Both the position numbers and the translations under genes were made by a program. From positions 310,001 to 374,000 of the forward strand of contig JAJCTO010000013.1 of NCBI GenBank assembly GCA_046563655.1: a DNA stretch of 64,000 nt. Direction: 5' to 3'. Positions 13,204 to 27,200 of this stretch are shown in pieces (the stretch's first letter is position 1; the number at the start of each line of letters is the position of its first letter). The DNA comes from Yuukianura sp. NJ FZ-2021. Its lineage: Eukaryota. Below the pieces are notes generated by a model, which made no database searches, was not told where the DNA came from, and worked only from the letters and a program-made list of their open reading frames with translations.

Positions 13204-16200
13204 AAACTAATGTGGGAACTATACAACGAAGTTTTAAACATACTGAAAAATGGAATTTATGCCTTGTTATCGCTTCTAACCATCTTCATGGAACGCATCT
13301 AATACCGGTCCACTTTGTCGTAGTGCATCAACGACTATTACACACGGTGAACCACTTGTTGTCAGCCTTCATCTTTGAGCACAAAGGAGAAGTGCCGGTG
13401 AAATGACAAGCTCGTCCTCACTACAGATACCAACCAGTACTCATTTTGACACTATGAATCACAATGACTCAGACGGCAATGGAACTTCAGGGGAAATCCC
13501 ATTATTACATTGTCTAAATCAAAATGAAACATTCCGCATTATTTGTTATCTTGATTAGAATTTTTAGGAAATAATTTTTTATGTCGTACAACCACCTTGC
13601 ACTTCCAATAAAGCACACCTGAATAACTGGTGTTCAACAATAATCTGGAATTATATTTTAGCCCAACTCCACTATGCAACAAGTGCATAAATCTAACTGT
13701 CATTTTGGTATAAACTAATGTGGGAACTATACAACGAAGTTTTAAACATACTGAAAAATGGAATTTATGCCTTGTTATCGCTTCTAACCATCTTCATGGA
13801 ACGCATCTAATACCGGTCCACTTTGTCGTAGTGCATCAACGACTATTACACACGGTGAACCACTTGTTGTCAGCCTTCATCTTTGAGCACAAAGGAGAAG
13901 TGCCGGTGAAATGACAAGCTCGTCCTCACTACAGATACCAACCAGTACTCATTTTGACACTATGAATCACAATGACTCAGACGGCAATGGAACTTCAGGG
14001 GAAATCCCATTATTACATTGTCTAAATCAAAATGAAACATTCCGCATTATTTGTTATCTTGATTAGAATTTTTAGGAAATAATTTTTTATGTCGTACAAC
14101 CACCCTGCACTTCCAATAAAGCACACCTGAATAACTGGTGTTCAACAATAATCTGGAATTATATTTTAGCCCAACTCCACTATGCAACAAGTGCATAAAT
14201 CTAACTGTCATTTTGGTATAAACTAATGTGGGAACTATACAACGAAGTTTTAAACATACTGAAAATTGGAATTTATGCCTTGTTATCGCTTCTAACCATC
14301 TTCATGGAACGCATCTAATACCGGTCCACTTTGTCGTAGTGCATCAACGACTATTACACACGGTGAACCACTTGTTGTCAGCCTTCATCTTTGAGCACAA
14401 AGGAGAAGTGCCGGTGAAATGACAAGCTCGTCCTCACTACAGATACCAACCAGTACTCATTTTGACACTATGAATCACAATGACTCAGACGGCAATGGAA
14501 CTTCAGGGGAAATCCCATTATTACATTGTCTAAATCAAAATGAAACATTCCGCATTATTTGTTATCTTGATTAGAATTTTTAGGAAATAATTTTTTATGT
14601 CGTACAACCACCCTGCACTTCCAATAAAGCACACCTGAATAACTGGTGTTCAACAATAATCTGGAATTATATTTTAGCCCAACTCCACTATGCAACAAGT
14701 GCATAAATCTAACTGTCATTTTGGTATAAACTAATGTGGGAACTATACAACGAAGTTTTAAACATACTGAAAAATGGAATTTATGCCTTGTTATCGCTTC
14801 TAACCATCTTCATGGAACGCATCTAATACCGGTCCACTTTGTCGTAGTGCATCAACGACTATTACACACGGTGAACCACTTGTTGTCAGCCTTCATCTTT
14901 GAGCACAAAGGAGAAGTGCCGGTGAAATGACAAGCTCGTCCTCACTACAGATACCAACCAGTACTCATTTTGACACTATGAATCACAATGACTCAGACGG
15001 CAATGGAACTTCAGGGAAATCCCATTATTACATTGTCTAAATCAAAATGAAACATTCCGCATTATTTGTTATCTTGATTAGAATTTTTAGGAAATAATTT
15101 TTTATGTCGTACAACCACCCTGCACTTCCAATAAAGCACACCTGAATAACTGGTGTTCAACAATAATCTGGAATTATATTTTAGCCCAACTCCACTATGC
15201 AACAAGTGCATAAATCTAACTGTCATTTTGGTATAAACTAATGTGGGAACTATACAACGAAGTTTTAAACATACTGAAAATTGGAATTTATGCCTTGTTA
15301 TCGCTTCTAACCATCTTCATGGAACGCATCTAATACCGGTCCACTTTGTCGTAGTGCATCAACGACTATTACACACGGTGAACCACTTGTTGTCAGCCTT
15401 CATCTTTGAGCACAAAGGAGAAGTGCCGGTGAAATGACAAGCTCGTCCTCACTACAGATACCAACCAGTACTCATTTTGACACTATGAATCACAATGACT
15501 CAGACGGCAATGGAACTTCAGGAGAAATCCCATTATTACATTGTCTAAATCAAAATGAAACATTCCGCATTATTTGTTATTTTGATTAAAATTTTTAGGA
15601 AATAATTTTTTATGTCATACTACCACCTTGCACTTCCAATAAAGCACACCTGAATAACTGGTGTTCAACAATAATCTGGAATTATATTTTAGCCCAACTC
15701 CACTATGCAACAAGTGCATAAATCTAACTGTCATTTTGGTATAAACTAATGTGGGAACTATACAACGAAGTTTTAAACATACTGAAAAATGGAATTTATG
15801 CCTTGTTATCGCTTCTAACCATCTTCATGGAACGCATCTAATACCGGTCCACTTTGTCGTAGTGCATCAACGACTATTACACACGGTGAACCACTTGTTG
15901 TCAGCCTTCATCTTTGAGCACAAAGGAGAAGTGCCGGTGAAATGACAAGCTCGTCCTCACTACAGATACCAACCAGTACTCATTTTGACACTATGAATCA
16001 CAATGACTCAGACGGCAATGGAACTTCAGGGGAAATCCCATTATTACATTGTCTAAATCAAAATGAAACATTCCGCATTATTTGTTATCTTGATTAGAAT
16101 TTTTAGGAAATAATTTTTTATGTCGTACAACCACCCTGCACTTCCAATAAAGCACACCTGAATAACTGGTGTTCAACAATAATCTGGAATTATATTTTAG

Positions 16201-16254
16201 CCCAACTCCACTATGCAACAAGTGCATAAATCTAACTGTCATTTTGGTATAAAC

Positions 16255-16297
16255 TAGCACCGTTAGGTCAGAGGTCACCCAGCATCCTACCGGCACA
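16255..16297 (+). mobile_element. Internally deleted solo-LTR remnant (3' 42 bp) at the same monomer site
   Basis: AAAC-T-AGCACCGTTAGGTCAGAGGTCACCCAGCATCCTACCGGCACA-AAAC is identical to the 3' end of 12993-13203. Spacing is 555 = 508+47. Confidence 0.8.
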
Positions 16298-19200
16298 AAA
16301 CTAATGTGGGAACTATACAACGAAGTTTTAAACATACTGAAAAATGGAATTTATGCCTTGTTATCGCTTCTAACCATCTTCATGGAACGCATCTAATACC
16401 GGTCCACTTTGTCGTAGTGCATCAACGACTATTACACACGGTGAACCACTTGTTGTCAGCCTTCATCTTTGAGCACAAAGGAGAAGTGCCGGTGAAATGA
16501 CAAGCTCGTCCTCACTACAGATACCAACCAGTACTCATTTTGACACTATGAATCACAATGACTCAGACGGCAATGGAACTTCAGGGGAAATCCCATTATT
16601 ACATTGTCTAAATCAAAATGAAACATTCCGCATTATTTGTTATCTTGATTAGAATTTTTAGGAAATAATTTTTTATGTCGTACAACCACCCTGCACTTCC
16701 AATAAAGCACACCTGAATAACTGGTGTTCAACAATAATCTGGAATTATATTTTAGCCCAACTCCACTATGCAACAAGTGCATAAATCTAACTGTCATTTT
16801 GGTATAAACTAATGTGGGAACTATACAACGAAGTTTTAAACATACTGAAAAATGGAATTTATGCCTTGTTATCGCTTCTAACCATCTTCATGGAACGCAT
16901 CTAATACCGGTCCACTTTGTCGTAGTGCATCAACGACTATTACACACGGTGAACCACTTGTTGTCAGCCTTCATCTTTGAGCACAAAGGAGAAGTGCCGG
17001 TGAAATGACAAGCTCGTCCTCACTACAGATACCAACCAGTACTCATTTTGACACTATGAATCACAATGACTCAGACGGCAATGGAACTTCAGGAGAAATC
17101 CCATTATTACATTGTCTAAATCAAAATGAAACATTCCGCATTATTTGTTATTTTGATTAAAATTTTTAGGAAATAATTTTTTATGTCGTACAACCACCCT
17201 GCACTTCCAATAAAGCACACCTGAATAACTGGTGTTCAACAATAATCTGGAATTATATTTTAGCCCAACTCCACTATGCAACAAGTGCATAAATCTAACT
17301 GTCATTTTGGTATAAACTAATGTGGGAACTATACAACGAAGTTTTAAACATACTGAAAAATGGAATTTATGCCTTGTTATCGCTTCTAACCATCTTCATG
17401 GAACGCATCTAATACCGGTCCACTTTGTCGTAGTGCATCAACGACTATTACACACGGTGAACCACTTGTTGTCAGCCTTCATCTTTGAGCACAAAGGAGA
17501 AGTGCCGGTGAAATGACAAGCTCGTCCTCACTACAGATACCAACCAGTACTCATTTTGACACTATGAATCACAATGACTCAGACGGCAATGGAACTTCAG
17601 GGGAAATCCCATTATTACATTGTCTAAATCAAAATCGAACATTCCGCATTATTTGTTATCTTGATTAAAATTTTTAGGAAATGCTTTTTTATGTCATACT
17701 ACCACCTTGCACTTCCAATAAAGCACACCTGAATAACTGGTGTTCAACAATAATCTGGAATTATATTTTAGCCCAACTCCACTATGCAACAAGTGCATAA
17801 ATCTAACTGTCATTTTGGTATAAACTAATGTGGGAACTATACAACGAAGTTTTAAACATACTGAAAAATGGAATTTATGCCTTGTTATCGCTTCTAACCA
17901 TCTTCATGGAACGCATCTAATACCGGTCCACTTTGTCGTAGTGCATCAACGACTATTACACACGGTGAACCACTTGTTGTCAGCCTTCATCTTTGAGCAC
18001 AAAGGAGAAGTGCCGGTGAAATGACAAGCTCGTCCTCACTACAGATACCAACCAGTACTCATTTTGACACTATGAATCACAATGACTCAGACGGCAATGG
18101 AACTTCAGGGGAAATCCCATTATTACATTGTCTAAATCAAAATGAAACATTCCGCATTATTTGTTATCTTGATTAGAATTTTTAGGAAATAATTTTTTAT
18201 GTCGTACAACCACCCTGCACTTCCAATAAAGCACACCTGAATAACTGGTGTTCAACAATAATCTGGAATTATATTTTAGCCCAACTCCACTATGCAACAA
18301 GTGCATAAATCTAACTGTCATTTTGGTATAAACTAATGTGGGAACTATACAACGAAGTTTTAAACATACTGAAAAATGGAATTTATGCCTTGTTATCGCT
18401 TCTAACCATCTTCATGGAACGCATCTAATACCGGTCCACTTTGTCGTAGTGCATCAACGACTATTACACACGGTGAACCACTTGTTGTCAGCCTTCATCT
18501 TTGAGCACAAAGGAGAAGTGCCGGTGAAATGACAAGCTCGTCCTCACTACAGATACCAACCAGTACTCATTTTGACACTATGAATCACAATGACTCAGAC
18601 GGCAATGGAACTTCAGGGGAAATCCCATTATTACATTGTCTAAATCAAAATGAAACATTCCGCATTATTTGTTATCTTGATTAGAATTTTTAGGAAATAA
18701 TTTTTTATGTCGTACAACCACCCTGCACTTCCAATAAAGCACACCTGAATAACTGGTGTTCAACAATAATCTGGAATTATATTTTAGCCCAACTCCACTA
18801 TGCAACAAGTGCATAAATCTAACTGTCATTTTGGTATAAACTAATGTGGGAACTATACAACGAAGTTTTAAACATACTGAAAAATGGAATTTATGCCTTG
18901 TTATCGCTTCTAACCATCTTCATGGAACGCATCTAATACCGGTCCACTTTGTCGTAGTGCATCAACGACTATTACACACGGTGAACCACTTGTTGTCAGC
19001 CTTCATCTTTGAGCACAAAGGAGAAGTGCCGGTGAAATGACAAGCTCGTCCTCACTACAGATACCAACCAGTACTCATTTTGACACTATGAATCACAATG
19101 ACTCAGACGGCAATGGAACTTCAGGGGAAATCCCATTATTACATTGTCTAAATCAAAATGAAACATTCCGCATTATTTGTTATCTTGATTAGAATTTTTA

Positions 19201-19349
19201 GGAAATAATTTTTTATGTCGTACAACCACCCTGCACTTCCAATAAAGCACACCTGAATAACTGGTGTTCAACAATAATCTGGAATTATATTTTAGCCCAA
19301 CTCCACTATGCAACAAGTGCATAAATCTAACTGTCATTTTGGTATAAAC

Positions 19350-19525
19350 TATACATCATAGGCTAAGCATAAGCTACTGCACATACAGATTCCATTCATT
19401 CACTCAGTCTGAATAAAGCTCTGCTTCTATCATCATCTGCTCTGTCCTCTCTACGGCCACTCATTCCATCATCATCATGATCCAGCACCGTTAGGTCAGA
19501 GGTCACCCAGCATCCTACCGGCACA
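19350..19525 (+). mobile_element. 5'-deleted, degenerate solo-LTR copy at the same monomer site
   Basis: Matches the 211-bp element from TCATAGGCTAAGCAT to CCGGCACA with several small indels and substitutions. Spacing is 689 = 508+181. The right flank reads TAAAC. Confidence 0.8.
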
Positions 19526-21053
19526 TAAACTAATGTGGGAACTATACAACGAAGTTTTAAACATACTGAAAAATGGAATTTATGCCTTGTTATCGCTTCT
19601 AACCATCTTCATGGAACGCATCTAATACCGGTCCACTTTGTCGTAGTGCATCAACGACTATTACACACGGTGAACCACTTGTTGTCAGCCTTCATCTTTG
19701 AGCACAAAGGAGAAGTGCCGGTGAAATGACAAGCTCGTCCTCACTACAGATACCAACCAGTACTCATTTTGACACTATGAATCACAATGACTCAGACGGC
19801 AATGGAACTTCAGGGAAATCCCATTATTACATTGTCTAAATCAAAATGAAACATTCCGCATTATTTGTTATCTTGATTAGAATTTTTAGGAAATAATTTT
19901 TTATGTCGTACAACCACCCTGCACTTCCAATAAAGCACACCTGAATAACTGGTGTTCAACAATAATCTGGAATTATATTTTAGCCCAACTCCACTATGCA
20001 ACAAGTGCATAAATCTAACTGTCATTTTGGTATAAACTAATGTGGGAACTATACAACGAAGTTTTAAACATACTGAAAATTGGAATTTATGCCTTGTTAT
20101 CGCTTCTAACCATCTTCATGGAACGCATCTAATACCGGTCCACTTTGTCGTAGTGCATCAACGACTATTACACACGGTGAACCACTTGTTGTCAGCCTTC
20201 ATCTTTGAGCACAAAGGAGAAGTGCCGGTGAAATGACAAGCTCGTCCTCACTACAGATACCAACCAGTACTCATTTTGACACTATGAATCACAATGACTC
20301 AGACGGCAATGGAACTTCAGGGGAAATCCCATTATTACATTGTCTAAATCAAAATGAAACATTCCGCATTATTTGTTATCTTGATTAAAATTTTTAGGAA
20401 ATGCTTTTTTATGTCATACTACCACCTTGCACTTCCAATAAAGCACACCTGAATAACTGGTGTTCAACAATAATCTGGAATTATACTTTAGCCCAACTCC
20501 ACTATGCAACAAGTGCATAAATCTAGCTGTCATTTTGGTATAAACTAATGTGGGAACTATACAACGAAGTTTTAAACATACTGAAAAATGGAATTTATGC
20601 CTTGTTATCGCTTCTAACCATCTTCATGGAACGCATCTAATACCGGTCCACTTTGTCGTAGTGCATCAACGACTATTACACACGGTGAACCACTTGTTGT
20701 CAGCCTTCATCTTTGAGCACAAAGGAGAAGTGCCGGTGAAATGACAAGCTCGTCCTCACTACAGATACCAACCAGTACTCATTTTGACACTATGAATCAC
20801 AATGACTCAGACGGCAATGGAACTTCAGGGGAAATCCCATTATTACATTGTCTAAATCAAAATGAAACATTCCGCATTATTTGTTATCTTGATTAGAATT
20901 TTTAGGAAATAATTTTTTATGTCGTACAACCACCCTGCACTTCCAATAAAGCACACCTGAATAACTGGTGTTCAACAATAATCTGGAATTATATTTTAGC
21001 CCAACTCCACTATGCAACAAGTGCATAAATCTAACTGTCATTTTGGTATAAAC

Positions 21054-21264
21054 TGTAGCACACCCCATACACAGCACCCATCTCACCCCTCATAGGCTAA
21101 GCATAGGCTACTGCACATACATTCATTCCATTCATTCACTCAGTCTGAATAAAGCTCTGCTTCTATCATCATCTGCTCTGTCTGTCTCTCTACGGCCACT
21201 CATTCCATCATCATCATCATCCAGCACCGTTAGGTCAGAGGTCACCCAGCATCCTACCGGCACA
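21054..21264 (+). mobile_element. 211-bp solo-LTR-like insertion, full copy 2
   Basis: Appears identical to 12993-13203, with the same AAAC TSD and the same position in the monomer. Confidence 0.8.
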
Positions 21265-24200
21265 AAACTAATGTGGGAACTATACAACGAAGTTTTAAAC
21301 ATACTGAAAAATGGAATTTATGCCTTGTTATCGCTTCTAACCATCTTCATGGAACGCATCTAATACCGGTCCACTTTGTCGTAGTGCATCAACGACTATT
21401 ACACACGGTGAACCACTTGTTGTCAGCCTTCATCTTTGAGCACAAAGGAGAAGTGCCGGTGAAATGACAAGCTCGTCCTCACTACAGATACCAACCAGTA
21501 CTCATTTTGACACTATGAATCACAATGACTCAGACGGCAATGGAACTTCAGGGGAAATCCCATTATTACATTGTCTAAATCAAAATGAAACATTCCGCAT
21601 TATTTGTTATCTTGATTAGAATTTTTAGGAAATAATTTTTTATGTCGTACAACCACCCTGCACTTCCAATAAAGCACACCTGAATAACTGGTGTTCAACA
21701 ATAATCTGGAATTATATTTTAGCCCAACTCCACTATGCAACAAGTGCATAAATCTAACTGTCATTTTGGTATAAACTAATGTGGGAACTATACAACGAAG
21801 TTTTAAACATACTGAAAAATGGAATTTATGCCTTGTTATCGCTTCTAACCATCTTCATGGAACGCATCTAATACCGGTCCACTTTGTCGTAGTGCATCAA
21901 CGACTATTACACACGGTGAACCACTTGTTGTCAGCCTTCATCTTTGAGCACAAAGGAGAAGTGCCGGTGAAATGACAAGCTCGTCCTCACTACAGATACC
22001 AACCAGTACTCATTTTGACACTATGAATCACAATGACTCAGACGGCAATGGAACTTCAGGGGAAATCCCATTATTACATTGTCTAAATCAAAATGAAACA
22101 TTCCGCATTATTTGTTATTTTGATTAAAATTTTTAGGAAATAATTTTTTATGTCGTACAACCACCCTGCACTTCCAATAAAGCACACCTGAATAACTGGT
22201 GTTCAACAATAATCTGGAATTATATTTTAGCCCAACTCCACTATGCAACAAGTGCATAAATCTAACTGTCATTTTGGTATAAACTAATGTGGGAACTATA
22301 CAACGAAGTTTTAAACATACTGAAAAATGGAATTTATGCCTTGTTATCGCTTCTAACCATCTTCATGGAACGCATCTAATACCGGTCCACTTTGTCGTAG
22401 TGCATCAACGACTATTACACACGGTGAACCACTTGTTGTCAGCCTTCATCTTTGAGCACAAAGGAGAAGTGCCGGTGAAATGACAAGCTCGTCCTCACTA
22501 CAGATACCAACCAGTACTCATTTTGACACTATGAATCACAATGACTCAGACGGCAATGGAACTTCAGGGGAAATCCCATTATTACATTGTCTAAATCAAA
22601 ATGAAACATTCCGCATTATTTGTTATCTTGATTAGAATTTTTAGGAAATAATTTTTTATGTCGTACAACCACCTTGCACTTCCAATAAAGCACACCTGAA
22701 TAACTGGTGTTCAACAATAATCTTTAATTATATTTTAGCCCAACTCCACTATGCAACAAGTGCATAAATCTAACTGTCATTTTGGTATAAACTAATGTGG
22801 GAACTATACAACGAAGTTTTAAACATACTGAAAAATGGAATTTATGCCTTGTTATCGCTTCTAACCATCTTCATGGAACGCATCTAATACCGGTCCACTT
22901 TGTCGTAGTGCATCAACGACTATTACACACGGTGAACCACTTGTTGTCAGCCTTCATCTTTGAGCACAAAGGAGAAGTGCCGGTGAAATGACAAGCTCGT
23001 CCTCACTACAGATACCAACCAGTACTCATTTTGACACTATGAATCACAATGACTCAGACGGCAATGGAACTTCAGGGGAAATCCCATTATTACATTGTCT
23101 AAATCAAAATGAAACATTCCGCATTATTTGTTATCTTGATTAGAATTTTTAGGAAATAATTTTTTATGTCGTACAACCACCCTGCACTTCCAATAAAGCA
23201 CACCTGAATAACTGGTGTTCAACAATAATCTGGAATTATATTTTAGCCCAACTCCACTATGCAACAAGTGCATAAATCTAACTGTCATTTTGGTATAAAC
23301 TAATGTGGGAACTATACAACGAAGTTTTAAACATACTGAAAAATGGAATTTATGCCTTGTTATCGCTTCTAACCATCTTCATGGAACGCATCTAATACCG
23401 GTCCACTTTGTCGTAGTGCATCAACGACTATTACACACGGTGAACCACTTGTTGTCAGCCTTCATCTTTGAGCACAAAGGAGAAGTGCCGGTGAAATGAC
23501 AAGCTCGTCCTCACTACAGATACCAACCAGTACTCATTTTGACACTATGAATCACAATGACTCAGACGGCAATGGAACTTCAGGGAAATCCCATTATTAC
23601 ATTGTCTAAATCAAAATGAAACATTCCGCATTATTTGTTATCTTGATTAGAATTTTTAGGAAATAATTTTTTATGTCGTACAACCACCCTGCACTTCCAA
23701 TAAAGCACACCTGAATAACTGGTGTTCAACAATAATCTGGAATTATATTTTAGCCCAACTCCACTATGCAACAAGTGCATAAATCTAACTGTCATTTTGG
23801 TATAAACTAATGTGGGAACTATACAACGAAGTTTTAAACATACTGAAAAATGGAATTTATGCCTTGTTATCGCTTCTAACCATCTTCATGGAACGCATCT
23901 AATACCGGTCCACTTTGTCGTAGTGCATCAACGACTATTACACACGGTGAACCACTTGTTGTCAGCCTTCATCTTTGAGCACAAAGGAGAAGTGCCGGTG
24001 AAATGACAAGCTCGTCCTCACTACAGATACCAACCAGTACTCATTTTGACACTATGAATCACAATGACTCAGACGGCAATGGAACTTCAGGGGAAATCCC
24101 ATTATTACATTGTCTAAATCAAAATGAAACATTCCGCATTATTTGTTATCTTGATTAGAATTTTTAGGAAATAATTTTTTATGTCGTACAACCACCCTGC

Positions 24201-27200
24201 ACTTCCAATAAAGCACACCTGAATAACTGGTGTTCAACAATAATCTGGAATTATATTTTAGCCCAACTCCACTATGCAACAAGTGCATAAATCTAACTGT
24301 CATTTTGGTATAAACTAATGTGGGAACTATACAACGAAGTTTTAAACATACTGAAAAATGGAATTTATGCCTTGTTATCGCTTCTAACCATCTTCATGGA
24401 ACGCATCTAATACCGGTCCACTTTGTCGTAGTGCATCAACGACTATTACACACGGTGAACCACTTGTTGTCAGCCTTCATCTTTGAGCACAAAGGAGAAG
24501 TGCCGGTGAAATGACAAGCTCGTCCTCACTACAGATACCAACCAGTACTCATTTTGACACTATGAATCACAATGACTCAGACGGCAATGGAACTTCAGGG
24601 AAATCCCATTATTACATTGTCTAAATCAAAATGAAACATTCCGCATTATTTGTTATCTTGATTAGAATTTTTAGGAAATAATTTTTTATGTCGTACAACC
24701 ACCCTGCACTTCCAATAAAGCACACCTGAATAACTGGTGTTCAACAATAATCTGGAATTATATTTTAGCCCAACTCCACTATGCAACAAGTGCATAAATC
24801 TAACTGTCATTTTGGTATAAACTAATGTGGGAACTATACAACGAAGTTTTAAACATACTGAAAAATGGAATTTATGCCTTGTTATCGCTTCTAACCATCT
24901 TCATGGAACGCATCTAATACCGGTCCACTTTGTCGTAGTGCATCAACGACTATTACACACGGTGAACCACTTGTTGTCAGCCTTCATCTTTGAGCACAAA
25001 GGAGAAGTGCCGGTGAAATGACAAGCTCGTCCTCACTACAGATACCAACCAGTACTCATTTTGACACTATGAATCACAATGACTCAGACGGCAATGGAAC
25101 TTCAGGGGAAATCCCATTATTACATTGTCTAAATCAAAATGAAACATTCCGCATTATTTGTTATCTTGATTAGAATTTTTAGGAAATAATTTTTTATGTC
25201 GTACAACCACCCTGCACTTCCAATAAAGCACACCTGAATAACTGGTGTTCAACAATAATCTGGAATTATATTTTAGCCCAACTCCACTATGCAACAAGTG
25301 CATAAATCTAACTGTCATTTTGGTATAAACTAATGTGGGAACTATACAACGAAGTTTTAAACATACTGAAAAATGGAATTTATGCCTTGTTATCGCTTCT
25401 AACCATCTTCATGGAACGCATCTAATACCGGTCCACTTTGTCGTAGTGCATCAACGACTATTACACACGGTGAACCACTTGTTGTCAGCCTTCATCTTTG
25501 AGCACAAAGGAGAAGTGCCGGTGAAATGACAAGCTCGTCCTCACTACAGATACCAACCAGTACTCATTTTGACACTATGAATCACAATGACTCAGACGGC
25601 AATGGAACTTCAGGGGAAATCCCATTATTACATTGTCTAAATCAAAATGAAACATTCCGCATTATTTGTTATCTTGATTAGAATTTTTAGGAAATAATTT
25701 TTTATGTCGTACAACCACCCTGCACTTCCAATAAAGCACACCTGAATAACTGGTGTTCAACAATAATCTGGAATTATATTTTAGCCCAACTCCACTATGC
25801 AACAAGTGCATAAATCTAACTGTCATTTTGGTATAAACTAATGTGGGAACTATACAACGAAGTTTTAAACATACTGAAAAATGGAATTTATGCCTTGTTA
25901 TCGCTTCTAACCATCTTCATGGAACGCATCTAATACCGGTCCACTTTGTCGTAGTGCATCAACGACTATTACACACGGTGAACCACTTGTTGTCAGCCTT
26001 CATCTTTGAGCACAAAGGAGAAGTGCCGGTGAAATGACAAGCTCGTCCTCACTACAGATACCAACCAGTACTCATTTTGACACTATGAATCACAATGACT
26101 CAGACGGCAATGGAACTTCAGGGGAAATCCCATTATTACATTGTCTAAATCAAAATGAAACATTCCGCATTATTTGTTATCTTGATTAGAATTTTTAGGA
26201 AATAATTTTTTATGTCGTACAACCACCCTGCACTTCCAATAAAGCACACCTGAATAACTGGTGTTCAACAATAATCTGGAATTATATTTTAGCCCAACTC
26301 CACTATGCAACAAGTGCATAAATCTAACTGTCATTTTGGTATAAACTAATGTGGGAACTATACAACGAAGTTTTAAACATACTGAAAAATGGAATTTATG
26401 CCTTGTTATCGCTTCTAACCATCTTCATGGAACGCATCTAATACCGGTCCACTTTGTCGTAGTGCATCAACGACTATTACACACGGTGAACCACTTGTTG
26501 TCAGCCTTCATCTTTGAGCACAAAGGAGAAGTGCCGGTGAAATGACAAGCTCGTCCTCACTACAGATACCAACCAGTACTCATTTTGACACTATGAATCA
26601 CAATGACTCAGACGGCAATGGAACTTCAGGGAAATCCCATTATTACATTGTCTAAATCAAAATGAAACATTCCGCATTATTTGTTATCTTGATTAGAATT
26701 TTTAGGAAATAATTTTTTATGTCGTACAACCACCCTGCACTTCCAATAAAGCACACCTGAATAACTGGTGTTCAACAATAATCTGGAATTATATTTTAGC
26801 CCAACTCCACTATGCAACAAGTGCATAAATCTAACTGTCATTTTGGTATAAACTAATGTGGGAACTATACAACGAAGTTTTAAACATACTGAAAAATGGA
26901 ATTTATGCCTTGTTATCGCTTCTAACCATCTTCATGGAACGCATCTAATACCGGTCCACTTTGTCGTAGTGCATCAACGACTATTACACACGGTGAACCA
27001 CTTGTTGTCAGCCTTCATCTTTGAGCACAAAGGAGAAGTGCCGGTGAAATGACAAGCTCGTCCTCACTACAGATACCAACCAGTACTCATTTTGACACTA
27101 TGAATCACAATGACTCAGACGGCAATGGAACTTCAGGAGAAATCCCATTATTACATTGTCTAAATCAAAATGAAACATTCCGCATTATTTGTTATCTTGA

